Part shown: piece after piece, positions 18,277 through 28,800 of the stretch
Layout of the letters: each line of letters begins with the position of its first letter
How positions within the stretch are numbered: position 1 is the first letter of the stretch
NCBI GenBank assembly: GCA_964470365.1
Contig: CAYYCO010000002.1
Coordinates: 1,173-65,172, forward strand
Length of the DNA: 64,000 nt
From: an uncultured Anaeromyxobacteraceae bacterium
GTDB lineage: Bacteria; Myxococcota_A; UBA9042; DTJE01
Direction of reading: 5' to 3'
Made by a program: the position numbers and the translations under genes
The notes under the pieces: model-generated
Databases searched by the model: none
What the model was told of the DNA's origin: nothing
Seen by the model: the letters and a program-made list of their open reading frames with translations, nothing else

Positions 18277-18423
18277 ATGAATCCCGATACCTCCGGCGTT
18301 ACGGCGATATTTCGATAATCCTGCCGCAGGCGGCCTCAATGGAGTCCTGATGGCCTGTCGAAACCACGGACCGAAACTGTGGACTGTCCCGTTGCAACCG
18401 TGACATAATCGAAACACTTTTTC

Positions 18424-19308
18424 ATGGGGGTTATTACCATGACCGTCCGGAAGTGCCAGATTCCGAAGTCACTGTTTTTATTGATGGCGGCAGCTCTGTG
18501 CCTGGGCGCCGGCGGCTGCAAAAAATCCAGCGACACCAAATCAGTCGTCGACAATGCCGCACCCGGAGTTGCCGTCAAGCCGCCTGCCGACAAACCGATG
18601 CCCACCGGACTCCCCGTGGTCGATGAGCCTTCGGACCCGGTCACGCCGCAATCCTCGGATGACAAGCTGGCCCAGCACTTCCGCATCACAATCGACGAAT
18701 TGAAGCAGATCCGGGATACCCATGCCACTTTCCCGGTCCTGGAACTGCCGGCGTGGGCGGCCGAGGCGAAACAGGACAAGGGGCTCCCGAAAAAGAACGC
18801 GGCGATTGCCATGCCGCCTTTCAGGGTCATCACGGCGCAGGAACTGTCGAATGTTGAAACCGTGAAATGGGCCGACATCCTCAATTCCGTAAAGGAAGTC
18901 AGCCAGCGTGCCTTCGCGCTCAAAATCCCCGTATTCACCAAACCGATCGTGTTCCTCGATCTCGTCCCCGACGCCCCGGAGGGACGGGCATCCGCATTCA
19001 TCGGCCTGCCGGTGCCTGACAGCGTCAAGATTCCAAAGGGCCTCCAGACACGCGTCATGAACCAGGGCAAGGCACTTTTCCTGGGCTACAAGGATATCGA
19101 TTCACTGGGAATCTCGTCCGACGCCAAGGAACTGATGAACAAACTGAGCCCCCAGCTGGCGGTCGAAGGGAAATGCGAGGCATCGCTGATGGTCATGATC
19201 GAAGACTGGCCCACGGGGAATCCAGGTCAGCGGGAGGGTGCATCCCCCGCCACCGGCATGGCAAAGCCGACCGACGCCATGAACAGAGTCCTTCTCATCT
19301 GTCGCTGA
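18424..19308 (+). CDS. Hypothetical lipoprotein
   Basis: Signal peptide plus LGAGGC lipobox. No recognisable domain. Confidence 0.6.
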   Translation: MGVITMTVRKCQIPKSLFLLMAAALCLGAGGCKKSSDTKSVVDNAAPGVAVKPPADKPMPTGLPVVDEPSDPVTPQSSDDKLAQHFRITIDELKQIRDTHATFPVLELPAWAAEAKQDKGLPKKNAAIAMPPFRVITAQELSNVETVKWADILNSVKEVSQRAFALKIPVFTKPIVFLDLVPDAPEGRASAFIGLPVPDSVKIPKGLQTRVMNQGKALFLGYKDIDSLGISSDAKELMNKLSPQLAVEGKCEASLMVMIEDWPTGNPGQREGASPATGMAKPTDAMNRVLLICR

Positions 19309-19318
19309 AGGCACTCCG

Positions 19319-20869
19319 ATGAAATTTCTGCGAATGGCGCCGATCCTGCTGCCTGCAATTCTCGCGGCACAGGCCGCGTGTTCCGATGTCGCCGATTCCG
19401 ACGCCGACGACGGGCCTTGCGTCCCGCGGACATGCGACTACGAAAACCGCGAATGCGGCGCGATGTCGAACGGCTGCGGGGGCATGATCTCCTGCGGAAC
19501 CTGCGATCCCGGCTTTACGTGCCGTTTCGGGGCGTGCCGTGAAATCTGCGTGCCGGACTGCACCGGCAGGTGCGGGGGCAGCGACGGGTGCGACGGCTCC
19601 TGCCCCGACCGCTGCAGCCTCACAGGCCAGACCTGCGACGCAAACACCCGTGAATGCATCGGCGAATGCGTGCCCCGTTCATGCGTTTCGCTCGGTTACG
19701 AATGCGGTACATGGGACGACGGGTGCGGCGGCAGCGCCCGGTGCGGCGACTGCCTGCCTGGCGCGCCATGCGATGACGGACGCTGCGGCGCAATCGCGTC
19801 GGAGGGCCTGGGCGTCAGGTGCGAATCCGACCCGGCGGTCTGCCGGGCCCCCTTCCCCGACTGCATCAAGCTGTCCGGCGACCCTGCATTCTGTTCCCGC
19901 GAATGCCTGTCCGACGGCCAGTGCGGCATCGCGGGAACTGACACCCAGGGCAATCCGGTCCCGAACTGCTGCGTCCCGATAGACGGCGTGGGGCGGTGCG
20001 TGTCCGCCGATTTGATGAGCTGGATGTGCGAAGACCCGACGGACGCCTCGTGGTGTACCATCGACGAAACGTGCCTGCCCTCGCCGCTCGGCGCGTGCAT
20101 ATTCTGTTTCCCGGTCGGGCAGCTCACGGTCGGCGACGCATGTTCCGGGTTCAATTCGTGCGACAAGGGCCTTGCCTGCGTGAAACCGGTCGGTGACAAC
20201 AAGGCGGCCTGCCACGAAATCTGCGACCCGGCCGACATGGACGCGTGCATCGCAGACGGCCAGGATCGGCACTGCGTGGCCATGTCGGAACTCGGGGCGT
20301 GGGGCGTCTGCGTCGACGGTCCGCCCCCGTGCGACCCGTCGAAACTGGGGGCCACCTGCCCGACGGCCTGGAACTGCGTTCCCGACGCCGCCTGTTCATC
20401 GTTCGCATGCTCAAAAACAGGCGGCAAGGCGATCGGGGAACCGTGTTCCGAATACGATGCCTGCGCCCGGGGCGGCTACTGCGCCGACGGAACCTGTCGC
20501 GAAATGTGTTCCGTTTCGGACGGCTGCCCTGATTCATATGAATGCGTCCAGGGGTGCGGAACAAAAATCCGGTACTGCAACCCGGTCGGCGGAAACGACT
20601 GCAACCCCCTGCTGCCGAAATGGCTCTGTCTGGCCGGTCAGACCTGCGTGCCGGACAGCCTCTCAAACTGCGCGGCCGGCACATGCGTGGTGGCGGGAAA
20701 GACGGGCGGCGGCGGCGGCTGCGACGCGCATTCCGACTGCGTGTACGGCAGCATCTGTTACAACGATGCGTGCAGGCCGATCTGTACGCTGTCAAGGACC
20801 TGCGAACCGCCTTCGTACTGCTTTTACATATGCGGGGGTTCCGATCTGGGCGTCTGCATGACCGGCTAA
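19319..20869 (+). CDS. Secreted cysteine-rich repeat protein (myxobacterial Cys-rich repeat type)
   Basis: Lipobox AAQAAC. About 10 tandem ~40 aa modules of the form C.P..C...G.CG...DGCGG...CG.C. Confidence 0.75.
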   Translation: MKFLRMAPILLPAILAAQAACSDVADSDADDGPCVPRTCDYENRECGAMSNGCGGMISCGTCDPGFTCRFGACREICVPDCTGRCGGSDGCDGSCPDRCSLTGQTCDANTRECIGECVPRSCVSLGYECGTWDDGCGGSARCGDCLPGAPCDDGRCGAIASEGLGVRCESDPAVCRAPFPDCIKLSGDPAFCSRECLSDGQCGIAGTDTQGNPVPNCCVPIDGVGRCVSADLMSWMCEDPTDASWCTIDETCLPSPLGACIFCFPVGQLTVGDACSGFNSCDKGLACVKPVGDNKAACHEICDPADMDACIADGQDRHCVAMSELGAWGVCVDGPPPCDPSKLGATCPTAWNCVPDAACSSFACSKTGGKAIGEPCSEYDACARGGYCADGTCREMCSVSDGCPDSYECVQGCGTKIRYCNPVGGNDCNPLLPKWLCLAGQTCVPDSLSNCAAGTCVVAGKTGGGGGCDAHSDCVYGSICYNDACRPICTLSRTCEPPSYCFYICGGSDLGVCMTG

Positions 20870-22203
20870 ACGCGACGCACCCCGCGCAGCGCCCACACCA
20901 GCATCGCACCCGTGACCAGCGTGGAAACGACATCCGCGATGGGGGCCGTCCACCAGACCCCGTCAAGTCCCATCAGGCGGGGCATCAGCAGGAGCAGCGG
21001 GACATAGAACAGCAGTTGCCGCGAAAGCGCCAGGAAAGCCGACACGCCCCCTCGTCCGACCGACTGGAAGTACCGTGTCCCGATGGCATGAACGCCGAAG
21101 ATCGGGGCCGTTATGAAGACTATCCTGACCGCATGCACGGCAAGCTTCGCAAATTCGGGGTCCTTCGAAAACAGGCCCACGATGACGTGCGGGAACAGCT
21201 CGACGACCACCGTGCCGGCCATGGCGGCGATCGTCGCCCAGAACAGCGACAGCCAGACGACGCGCCGCACCCTGTCGGGTCGACCCGCGCCATGGTTGAA
21301 ACCGACGATCGGCTGCATCCCGTCGGATATGCCGAATACGGGAAGCGAAACGAACGACGACATCGCAAAGGTGATGCCGGTCACGCCGACCGCAAGTTCA
21401 CCGCCGAACCGCGCGACCTGCGAATTCAGGATTGAAAACTGGACGCTTCCGACAATGTTGGCGAAAAACGGGCCCAGCCCGAGATAAAGCATGCCGGCGC
21501 ACAGGCGCGGATCGAGACGTCTGGTGGCCCTCGTCATCGACGGGACCTCGGGGTGCCGGACCAGCCAGATCATCGCGGCGATGGCGGAAAGCAGTTCGGC
21601 GAGGACGGTCGCGACCGCGGCGCCGGCAACCCCCATCCCGAGCGGGCCGATGAATATCGGGTCCAGAACGATGTTCGCGACAGAACCGATCAGCATCAGG
21701 ACCATTGAAGTACGCGGGTGACCGGCGGCGCGGATGTGGAAATTGAGCACGAAACTGGCGGCCAGGCAGGCGGTGCCCACCATTATCACCAGCATGTAGG
21801 AACGCGCCGACGGAAGGATCGAAGGCCCGGCGCCGGACGCTTTCAGGACGGGGTCGGCCAGGATCACCGAAAGGATCGCCAGCAGGATCGACATCACCGC
21901 CGACATCCAGACCGCGTTGGCGAACACCGACCTCGCGCCGTCCAGGTCCTTCGCCCCCATTCGGATGGAAACCATTGAACCGGACCCGACGCAGATGAGG
22001 ATGATGAACGCGAACTGCACCATCAGGGCAGGGAAAGAGACCGACGACGCCGCAAGGCCTTCCGGTCCCACCATCCGTCCGACCCAGATCCGGTCGACGA
22101 TGTTGTAGGCGGCGTGGACCATCAATGCAACGATCGACGGGATGGCAAACCTGAACAGAAGGCCGCCGATGGGCGCTTTTTCGAGATCGCGTTTCGGATC
22201 CAT
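20866..22203 (-). CDS. MATE family efflux transporter
   Basis: 12-TM protein with N-terminal ...FRFAIPSIVALMVHAAYNIVDRIWVGR... typical of NorM/DinF. Confidence 0.9.
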   Translation of the reverse strand: MDPKRDLEKAPIGGLLFRFAIPSIVALMVHAAYNIVDRIWVGRMVGPEGLAASSVSFPALMVQFAFIILICVGSGSMVSIRMGAKDLDGARSVFANAVWMSAVMSILLAILSVILADPVLKASGAGPSILPSARSYMLVIMVGTACLAASFVLNFHIRAAGHPRTSMVLMLIGSVANIVLDPIFIGPLGMGVAGAAVATVLAELLSAIAAMIWLVRHPEVPSMTRATRRLDPRLCAGMLYLGLGPFFANIVGSVQFSILNSQVARFGGELAVGVTGITFAMSSFVSLPVFGISDGMQPIVGFNHGAGRPDRVRRVVWLSLFWATIAAMAGTVVVELFPHVIVGLFSKDPEFAKLAVHAVRIVFITAPIFGVHAIGTRYFQSVGRGGVSAFLALSRQLLFYVPLLLLMPRLMGLDGVWWTAPIADVVSTLVTGAMLVWALRGVRRV

Positions 22204-22335
22204 CTATCCGCTGCTCCGGGAAAGTCCCGGGCGATTCCGGCGCCCGGGGCCGTGAAGTTTACCCCCGTACGCACAAAAAAGAAGGGGCGGACGCCGGACG
22301 ATCGGGGATATGATGCCGGCCCGGGGGGCTTACGA

Positions 22336-22809
22336 ATGATCAGGACGCTTCACGACACTGTGGACGTTTTTTTCGCCAGGGCGGTCGCCGCTGCCCCGGA
22401 ACAGTTCGCCTGCGGGCCCGGGTGTGTCGAATGCTGCCGCGTCGATCTGTCGGTCTTCCAGGTCGAGGCCGCCCTGATCGCAAAGGCGTTCGCCGCACTT
22501 CCCGACGACATCAGGGCCGCCGCCGCCGAACGCGCCGCCACGGGCATCCACTGCTGCATGATCGACCCGGCCGACGGCCGATGCATCGTCTACGACGCGC
22601 GCCCCGTGATCTGCCGCAGCCACGGTTTGACGGTGCTCGTCGAAGGCGCCGCCGACCACTGCCCGCTTAACTACACGACCGCCCCGGCCGCCAGGGAAAA
22701 CGTGCTAGATCTTGAAAAACTGAACCCCGCACTCGTGGCCGTCAACGCGGCCGCGGGTCATGGTCCGGACCGGGTGCGCATCGCCGACATCGCGACAAAA
22801 AACCGCTGA
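22336..22809 (+). CDS. YkgJ/UPF0153 family Fe-S/zinc cluster protein (CxxCxxCC)
   Basis: CGPGCVECC motif plus downstream CC...C...C. The track ORF begins at 22114 and overlaps the MATE gene. Internal ATG at 22336 chosen. Confidence 0.6.
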   Translation: MIRTLHDTVDVFFARAVAAAPEQFACGPGCVECCRVDLSVFQVEAALIAKAFAALPDDIRAAAAERAATGIHCCMIDPADGRCIVYDARPVICRSHGLTVLVEGAADHCPLNYTTAPAARENVLDLEKLNPALVAVNAAAGHGPDRVRIADIATKNR

Positions 22810-22894
22810 CGAACCCACCGGGCGATCACCATCCGGCACAAACCGCTTGACAATCCCGCGCCTTTCGCAAATAATCTGTCCGCTTTTTGGCTGT

Positions 22895-22967
22895 GGGCCC
22901 ATAGCTCAATTGGTAGAGCAGCGGACTCTTAATCCGGAGGTTGGCAGTTCGATTCTGCCTGGGCTCA
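22895..22967 (+). tRNA. tRNA-Lys (anticodon CTT)
   Basis: Acceptor GGGCCCA/TGGGCTC, D-arm GCTCAATTGGTAGAGC, anticodon loop CTCTTAA (CTT), T-arm GGCAG-TTCGATT-CTGCC, discriminator A. CCA is not encoded. Confidence 0.85.
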
Positions 22968-23104
22968 CCCACTTCCCCACGAAATCACTGGAAAAACTAA
23001 TTTCGGTGGTTACGTATGTCCACGCCGCGGCAGAATCGTAATCGATGCATCTGATGACTTTCCGGACAGGTTGAACGTGCGGGCGGTGTGCAGATGACGG
23101 ACGG

Positions 23105-24508
23105 TTACATCAGGAAGACGACGTACTGCAGGACTTCGGTCATGTCGCCGGTGGAAAGCTGTTCGTCGTTGTGGAAGTTCGTGTAGACGACGCGGCCGCC
23201 CGATTCGCCGAACGGTTCAAACGAAATGAAGAACGGCTGAACCGCGTTTCCGTAAGCGGAATTGGGACCGCGCACATGAACCCGCACGTCCGCCTTCGGG
23301 GTTCCGACGATCGAGGTCAGCGGCCCCAGGCGGTATTCGATCCGGGCGGTCGTGCTGCGCATGTAGGCGGCAAGATCCTCGTCGACCAGTTCCCCGATAA
23401 CCTCGCGCGGGGTGGTGCCGGCGCTGCCGGCAAAATCGCGCGGGAACGACAGGTTGCCGATCATTTCGGGGAAGGCCATATACAGGTACACAAGCGCATA
23501 GTCCGAAGCGTAAATGGATCCGCCCTTCTGGACAAATGCCCGCAGGGTCGAAGTGACTTCGGAACCATACGAATTCATGATCAGGTCCGGCGCGTTGCCG
23601 CAGTTCAGGAAAAGGATGTCGTAGTCGTCGACCAGCTTGTACGGGCCCTTGCCGGTGTTCGTCTTCGCCTCCTGGCCGCGCAGGAGGTTCGAACCTGCCG
23701 ACGACGGGGTCTGGCCGTCTTCCGTCAGGCCGTCGTACTGGTGGTGCTTGAACCACAGCTTGATCAGCAGCTTTTCAATCTGGTCCCACTTGCCGGTGAC
23801 GACCGCGATGCGCGCCGGCTGGCCCGGGAAGCAGAGGTCGCTGGACGTGAAGTCGTTGACCTTGCATTTGTCGACCCATTTCGTGTAGTTGCCCTGGAAG
23901 TTGCCCTTTTCCATGTACACGGTCTGGGTGCCGCAGGGGATGTTGTCCAGGCGGTAGTATCCCGCGTAATCGGAATAGTCTTCAATCTTCACGGGGTTGC
24001 CGTCGCAATCGACCGTTTCGACCCACACGTGGACGTACGGCATCGCGGTGACTTCCGTCATGTTCGGGGCGCACGTCATGCCGGTGATCGAGCCGTACCC
24101 GCAGGGCTGGCACGACCCCGGATTCGCGCACTGGCCGTAATCCGGAATCGGACCGTCGTCCTTCGGGCCGAGGTCGTACCACGTCGTGTCTTCGCGCTGG
24201 ATGTCGTATGAGGCGAGATCGGTGTACCCGCCATCGCCGTGGTTAAGGTCGTACGGCATCACCACATCCTGGTGGGTGACCGTGTCCTGACCGACGACGA
24301 TGTCCATACCGGCGGTGTCGACGCCCGTCAGGTCACGCGGGATGTCGGTGCCGACCACCGCGTCGCCGTTGTTGGCGTCGTAATTGATGATTCCGTTGTC
24401 GGGAATGACGATCCCGTTGTCGGGATTCCGGTTTTCGTCGCCGCAGGCCGCAAAGGCCAGCGCCGCGGTGACTGCCAGCGCCGGAACAAGGTTGAACGTA
24501 CGGGTCAT
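23105..24508 (-). CDS. Hypothetical secreted lipoprotein
   Basis: ATG start, signal peptide plus FAAC lipobox, 467 aa, no recognised domain. Confidence 0.6.
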   Translation of the reverse strand: MTRTFNLVPALAVTAALAFAACGDENRNPDNGIVIPDNGIINYDANNGDAVVGTDIPRDLTGVDTAGMDIVVGQDTVTHQDVVMPYDLNHGDGGYTDLASYDIQREDTTWYDLGPKDDGPIPDYGQCANPGSCQPCGYGSITGMTCAPNMTEVTAMPYVHVWVETVDCDGNPVKIEDYSDYAGYYRLDNIPCGTQTVYMEKGNFQGNYTKWVDKCKVNDFTSSDLCFPGQPARIAVVTGKWDQIEKLLIKLWFKHHQYDGLTEDGQTPSSAGSNLLRGQEAKTNTGKGPYKLVDDYDILFLNCGNAPDLIMNSYGSEVTSTLRAFVQKGGSIYASDYALVYLYMAFPEMIGNLSFPRDFAGSAGTTPREVIGELVDEDLAAYMRSTTARIEYRLGPLTSIVGTPKADVRVHVRGPNSAYGNAVQPFFISFEPFGESGGRVVYTNFHNDEQLSTGDMTEVLQYVVFLM

Positions 24509-24616
24509 GTCGGGGCCCCCAAAGGTTAAGGCGAAGGATACGAACTGCCTTCGCGGCTGTCAATAAACAAAGGAAGTACAGGGTGTTAGATTAACGCAAG
24601 CGTGACATGCCGCGTC

Positions 24617-24654
24617 ACGCATGTGCACGCGGAACTGACGCATGTGCACGCGGA
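24617..24654. promoter_or_regulatory. Tandem 17-bp direct repeat (ACGCATGTGCACGCGGA x2, 21-bp period) upstream of the RND efflux operon; candidate operator
   Basis: Two exact copies at 24617-24633 and 24638-24654, about 130 bp upstream of the adaptor gene start. Each contains the GTGCAC palindrome. Confidence 0.35.
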
Positions 24655-24784
24655 GCAGATGAAGGTCCCATCAGCACGCGCAAAGGCGCCCCTGCTCCTT
24701 CACGCGATGTTCCGCTTTCGGATATAATCCTCGCGATTCCTTTTTCGACATCGGAAACGGCTCCGGCGGCGGCCGGGCCACCCG

Positions 24785-25852
24785 ATGGCACGGCAGCACA
24801 GCATGAACATATCAACACGACGGACAGTATCGATAATTGTCCCGGCAATCGCGTACGCTCTGGCCCTGCTGGCCGCGCCTGGCTGTTCCAACCGGTCCGA
24901 CGTGCCGGCGGTCCTGCCTCCGCTGCCGGTCAGGGTCATCGCGGTCGAATCGGGCCTGCAGGCCATGACCAAGCGGTTTTCAGGGTACACGCACCCGTGG
25001 GAAGCGGCGGGCGTCGGCTTCCTGATCGGGGGCCGCGTGACCTCGATCAACGTCTCGGAGGGTGACCACGTCCGCAAGGGCGACCTGCTGGCGACAATCG
25101 ACCCGGACGATTACGCCCTGATCGAACAGCTGACCGAGGCGCAGGTCGATGCAATCAAACCGAATTACGAACGCGTCGTCGGCCTGATTCGCGAAGACGC
25201 GCTGCCCCGGGCCAAACTCGACGAAGTCGAGGGCATGTACAAGGCGGCGGTCACACAGAAAAAGCAGGCCGAACGCCAGGTGGGCTACACGCGCCTGAGG
25301 GCGCCCATCGACGGCGTCGTCATGAACCGCGGCACGGCCGTCGGCCAGGTGATCGGCCCGGGCATGCCCGCCGTCATCGTCCTGAACCTTTCGAAAATCA
25401 AGGTCAAGTTCGGCGTGACGCAGAAGGAACTGGAGCTTTTCCAGGGCGGCTCGGAAATATCGGTGGCATTCGACGGCATCGACGGGCAGGTCGCGGCCAG
25501 GGTCCTGAACGTCGCGCTGGTTCCGGACCTGACGACGCGGCTATTCGAGGTGACCCTGGAAATCGACAACCCCGACGAAAAACTGCGTCCCGGCATGCTG
25601 GCGAGGGTGGAAACCACGGTCCGCCGGGCCGAGGGCATATTCGTGCCGCTCCGCGCCGTCAAGCGCAACTCCGCACACGAAAAGGTCGTCTATGTCGTCG
25701 GGGCGGGCGACACGGTGGCGGAACGCATCGTGCAGACAGGTGAACTGTTCGGGCAGCAGATACAGATTACGGGCGGACTGCTTGCCGGCGAACGGGTGAT
25801 TGTGGACGGCCTGGCGTTCGTGTCACCGGGCGAAAAGGTGACCGTGCTATGA
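24785..25852 (+). CDS. RND efflux periplasmic adaptor subunit (HlyD/AcrA family)
   Basis: Lipoprotein signal. Beta-barrel, lipoyl and alpha-hairpin regions. 4 bp overlap with the downstream permease. Confidence 0.9.
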   Translation: MARQHSMNISTRRTVSIIVPAIAYALALLAAPGCSNRSDVPAVLPPLPVRVIAVESGLQAMTKRFSGYTHPWEAAGVGFLIGGRVTSINVSEGDHVRKGDLLATIDPDDYALIEQLTEAQVDAIKPNYERVVGLIREDALPRAKLDEVEGMYKAAVTQKKQAERQVGYTRLRAPIDGVVMNRGTAVGQVIGPGMPAVIVLNLSKIKVKFGVTQKELELFQGGSEISVAFDGIDGQVAARVLNVALVPDLTTRLFEVTLEIDNPDEKLRPGMLARVETTVRRAEGIFVPLRAVKRNSAHEKVVYVVGAGDTVAERIVQTGELFGQQIQITGGLLAGERVIVDGLAFVSPGEKVTVL

Positions 25853-28800
25853 ACATTCCCCGGTTTGCCCTGAACAACCGCGTCATCATCTGGATCCTGG
25901 TCGTCGCGATGATGGCCTGGGGGCTGTGGACGTACAACACCATCAGCCGCAGGGAGGATCCGGAAGTCAAGATCGCGTATGCACTGGTGTACGCGATATG
26001 GCCGGGCAAGGGCGCCGAGGACATCGAGCGCATGGTCACGACCAAGCTCGAGGACGAAATCGAAAAACTCGGGTCGCTGAAAACGATGTCTTCCATCACC
26101 AGGGAAAACATCGCGCTGGTGTTCGTAAACATCACGTACAACTCGAATGAACAACTGGAATGGCAGCGGCTGCGCAACCTGGTCAACGAGGCGCGGCCCA
26201 ACCTGCCGTCCGGTCTCATGGGCCCGTTCGTCCTGGACGACCTGGGCGACGTCACGTCCATGGTCTATTCGCTGAGTTCGGACACCGCGACGCCATCGGA
26301 ACTGAAGGAATGGGCCGACAGGCTCCGGCGCGAGGTCAGGTCGGTCGAGTCGGTCGGCAAGGTGTCGTTCCTGGGCGAACAGGAAGAAGTGATTTACATC
26401 GAAGGACCGATGGAGAGCTTCTCCCTGTACAACTTCTCGCCTCTGACCGCGTCGAAGATTCTCGACTTCACCAACGTCAACCTGCCGGCCGGATACGTCC
26501 GGACCCACGAACAGGATCTCCGCCTGGACACGTCCGGCGCTTTCGGGGCCGTGGAACAGATTGAAAACGCCGTTATCGACGTGTCCCGCGACACCGGCGC
26601 CCCGCTCAAGGTCAAGGACGTTTTTTCGGTACGCAGCGCGTATCGCGAGCCGCCGAATTCGATGATGCGGACGATGGGGCTTCCGTCGGTCGGCGTCGAC
26701 ATCAAGATGAAGGACGGATACAACGTCGTCGCCATGGGCCGCGACGTCAAAAAGGCCGTCGCCGCGTTCGAGAAGGACCTGCCGAAAAACATCAGGCTTA
26801 CGCTGATCCACGACCAGCCGCGCGAGGTCGATGAATTCGTCGGGCTGTTCATGGAAAACCTGTTCGAGGGCCTGGTGATCGTCATCCTGGTGATGCTGAC
26901 GCTGATGGGCATCAGATCAACGCTGATCGTCGCGGTCAGCCTGCCCCTGGCGATCATGGCGACCATCGCCCTGATGCCGGCCCTGAAAATCGACCTCGAA
27001 ATGGTCAGCATCGCGTCATTCATCGTGGCCCTCGGCATGCTGGTCGACAACTCGATCATCATGATCGACAACATCCACGTGCGTATGGAACACGGTGACT
27101 CGCCCGTGGACGCTGCCGTCAACGGCACGCACGAACTGATGATCCCTGCGCTGACCGGGACGCTTGCAACCTGCATCGCCTTCCTTCCTCTGCTGCTGCT
27201 GAAGGAGGAAATCGGTTCGTACACCAGGTCGCTGCCATGGATCATAACCATATCAATGCTTTTCTCTTACCTTATCGCGGCGACGATTATCCCGATACTG
27301 GCGGCCAGGTTCGTGAAGGTCAAAAAGGTCGATGTCGAAACGCGGCAGAACCGGCCGGTGGCCCGTTTCTACAACCGGCTGATGCGCGGCGGCCTGCGTT
27401 TCAGGTATGTCGTGGTCGCGGTGACGCTGCTGGCCCTTGCCGGCTCGATCCTGATGATCCCGGTGGTCGGCATTTCGTTCTTCCCGACCTGGGACCGCGA
27501 CCAGTTCACGATTGACGTCAGGCTGCCGGCAGGCGCGGGCGTCGCGAAGACCACGGAGATAGTCGAACTGGTCGAGGCGCGGCTGGCAACCGAACCGGAG
27601 ATCGTCAACTACGCAGCCTACGTCGGCGAGGGCGGCCCCCGGTTCCAGATCGCCGTGATGCCCGAATTCAACGCGCCGAACTACGCAAGGTTCATGGTGA
27701 CGACCAGGGACAAGGAAGTGACGCGGGCCCTCGTTGCGCGGTTGCGCGACGAATTCAGGGCCACGATTCCGGGCGCGCGGGTGACACCGCAGAACCTTCT
27801 GCTGGCAATACCGGTCGAGGCCCCGATTGCAATCAAGATCGAGGGGCCCGACATCGACGTGATGCGATCCGTCAGCCAGCAGATACAGGGAATCCTGAAA
27901 AGCATCCCCGGCACCGACATGGTGCGCGACGACCTGGGACAGGAAATCGAAAGCCTCTCGGTCAACGTGGATTCGGAAGCCGCGTTGATGGCCGGCATTT
28001 CGAACACCGAGGTCGCCCTGGCGATGCTGACCGCCCAGGAGGGCCTGCCGGTCACGGAAATAAGGACGCAGGAAAAGAAAATCCCGGTCGTCCTGAGATC
28101 GGACGAGGCCGCCCGCCAGGGCAACCGGACCCTGGACGAACTGCGTGTCACTTCGGTTGCGACCGGGGCCAAGGTTCCCCTTTCGGCCATCGCCGACATC
28201 AGGCCGGCATGGGCCCCGGGGGTGATCCACCGGCGCGACAACCACAGGGTGGTCACGGTTCTGTCGGACGTCAGCGGCCGATTGGCATCGGACGTGATGA
28301 AGGACGCCTGGCCCCGGATAAAATCACTAAAGATCCCGTCGGGTTACAAGCTACTGTCCGAAGGCGAGGAAAAGGAGCGCACGAAGGCGTTCAACCAGCT
28401 GATCGTCATCTTCATCATCATCGTCCTGGCCATCATGTTCATGCTGACCATCCAGTTCAAGTCAATCAAGAAATCCCTCGTTATCATGTCCAGCGTTCCG
28501 CTGGCGATAATCGGGGCCGTCATCGGCCTTTACATCAGCGGCAGCAGCATCGGCTTCATGGAATTCCTTGGCATCGTTTCGCTGGCCGGCATGGTCATCA
28601 AAAACGCTGTCGTATGGGTCGAATTCGTCGACCAGTCGCTGAAGGCCGGGCACCGTTTCAGCGATTCGATTGTCCAGGCGGGCATCGCACGTTTCAGGCC
28701 GATCGTGCTGACGGCCGGAACGACCATAGGCGGCCTGATTCCGCTGGGGCTGTTCGGCGGACCGCTGTGGGAGGGACTGGCCTGGGCCATGGTGGCCGGG

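Noticed and set aside
16960-18417. 485 aa minus-strand ORF antisense to the NifK-like gene (and 17529..18254)
   Set aside because: High-GC shadow ORF. The plus-strand frame is supported by translational coupling and by the BchB-like N-terminus.
22114-22335. N-terminal 74 aa extension of the YkgJ-like ORF overlapping the MATE gene start
   Set aside because: The internal ATG at 22336 gives a protein of canonical YkgJ size starting just before the CxxCxxCC motif. The extension would overlap the divergent MATE gene by about 90 bp.
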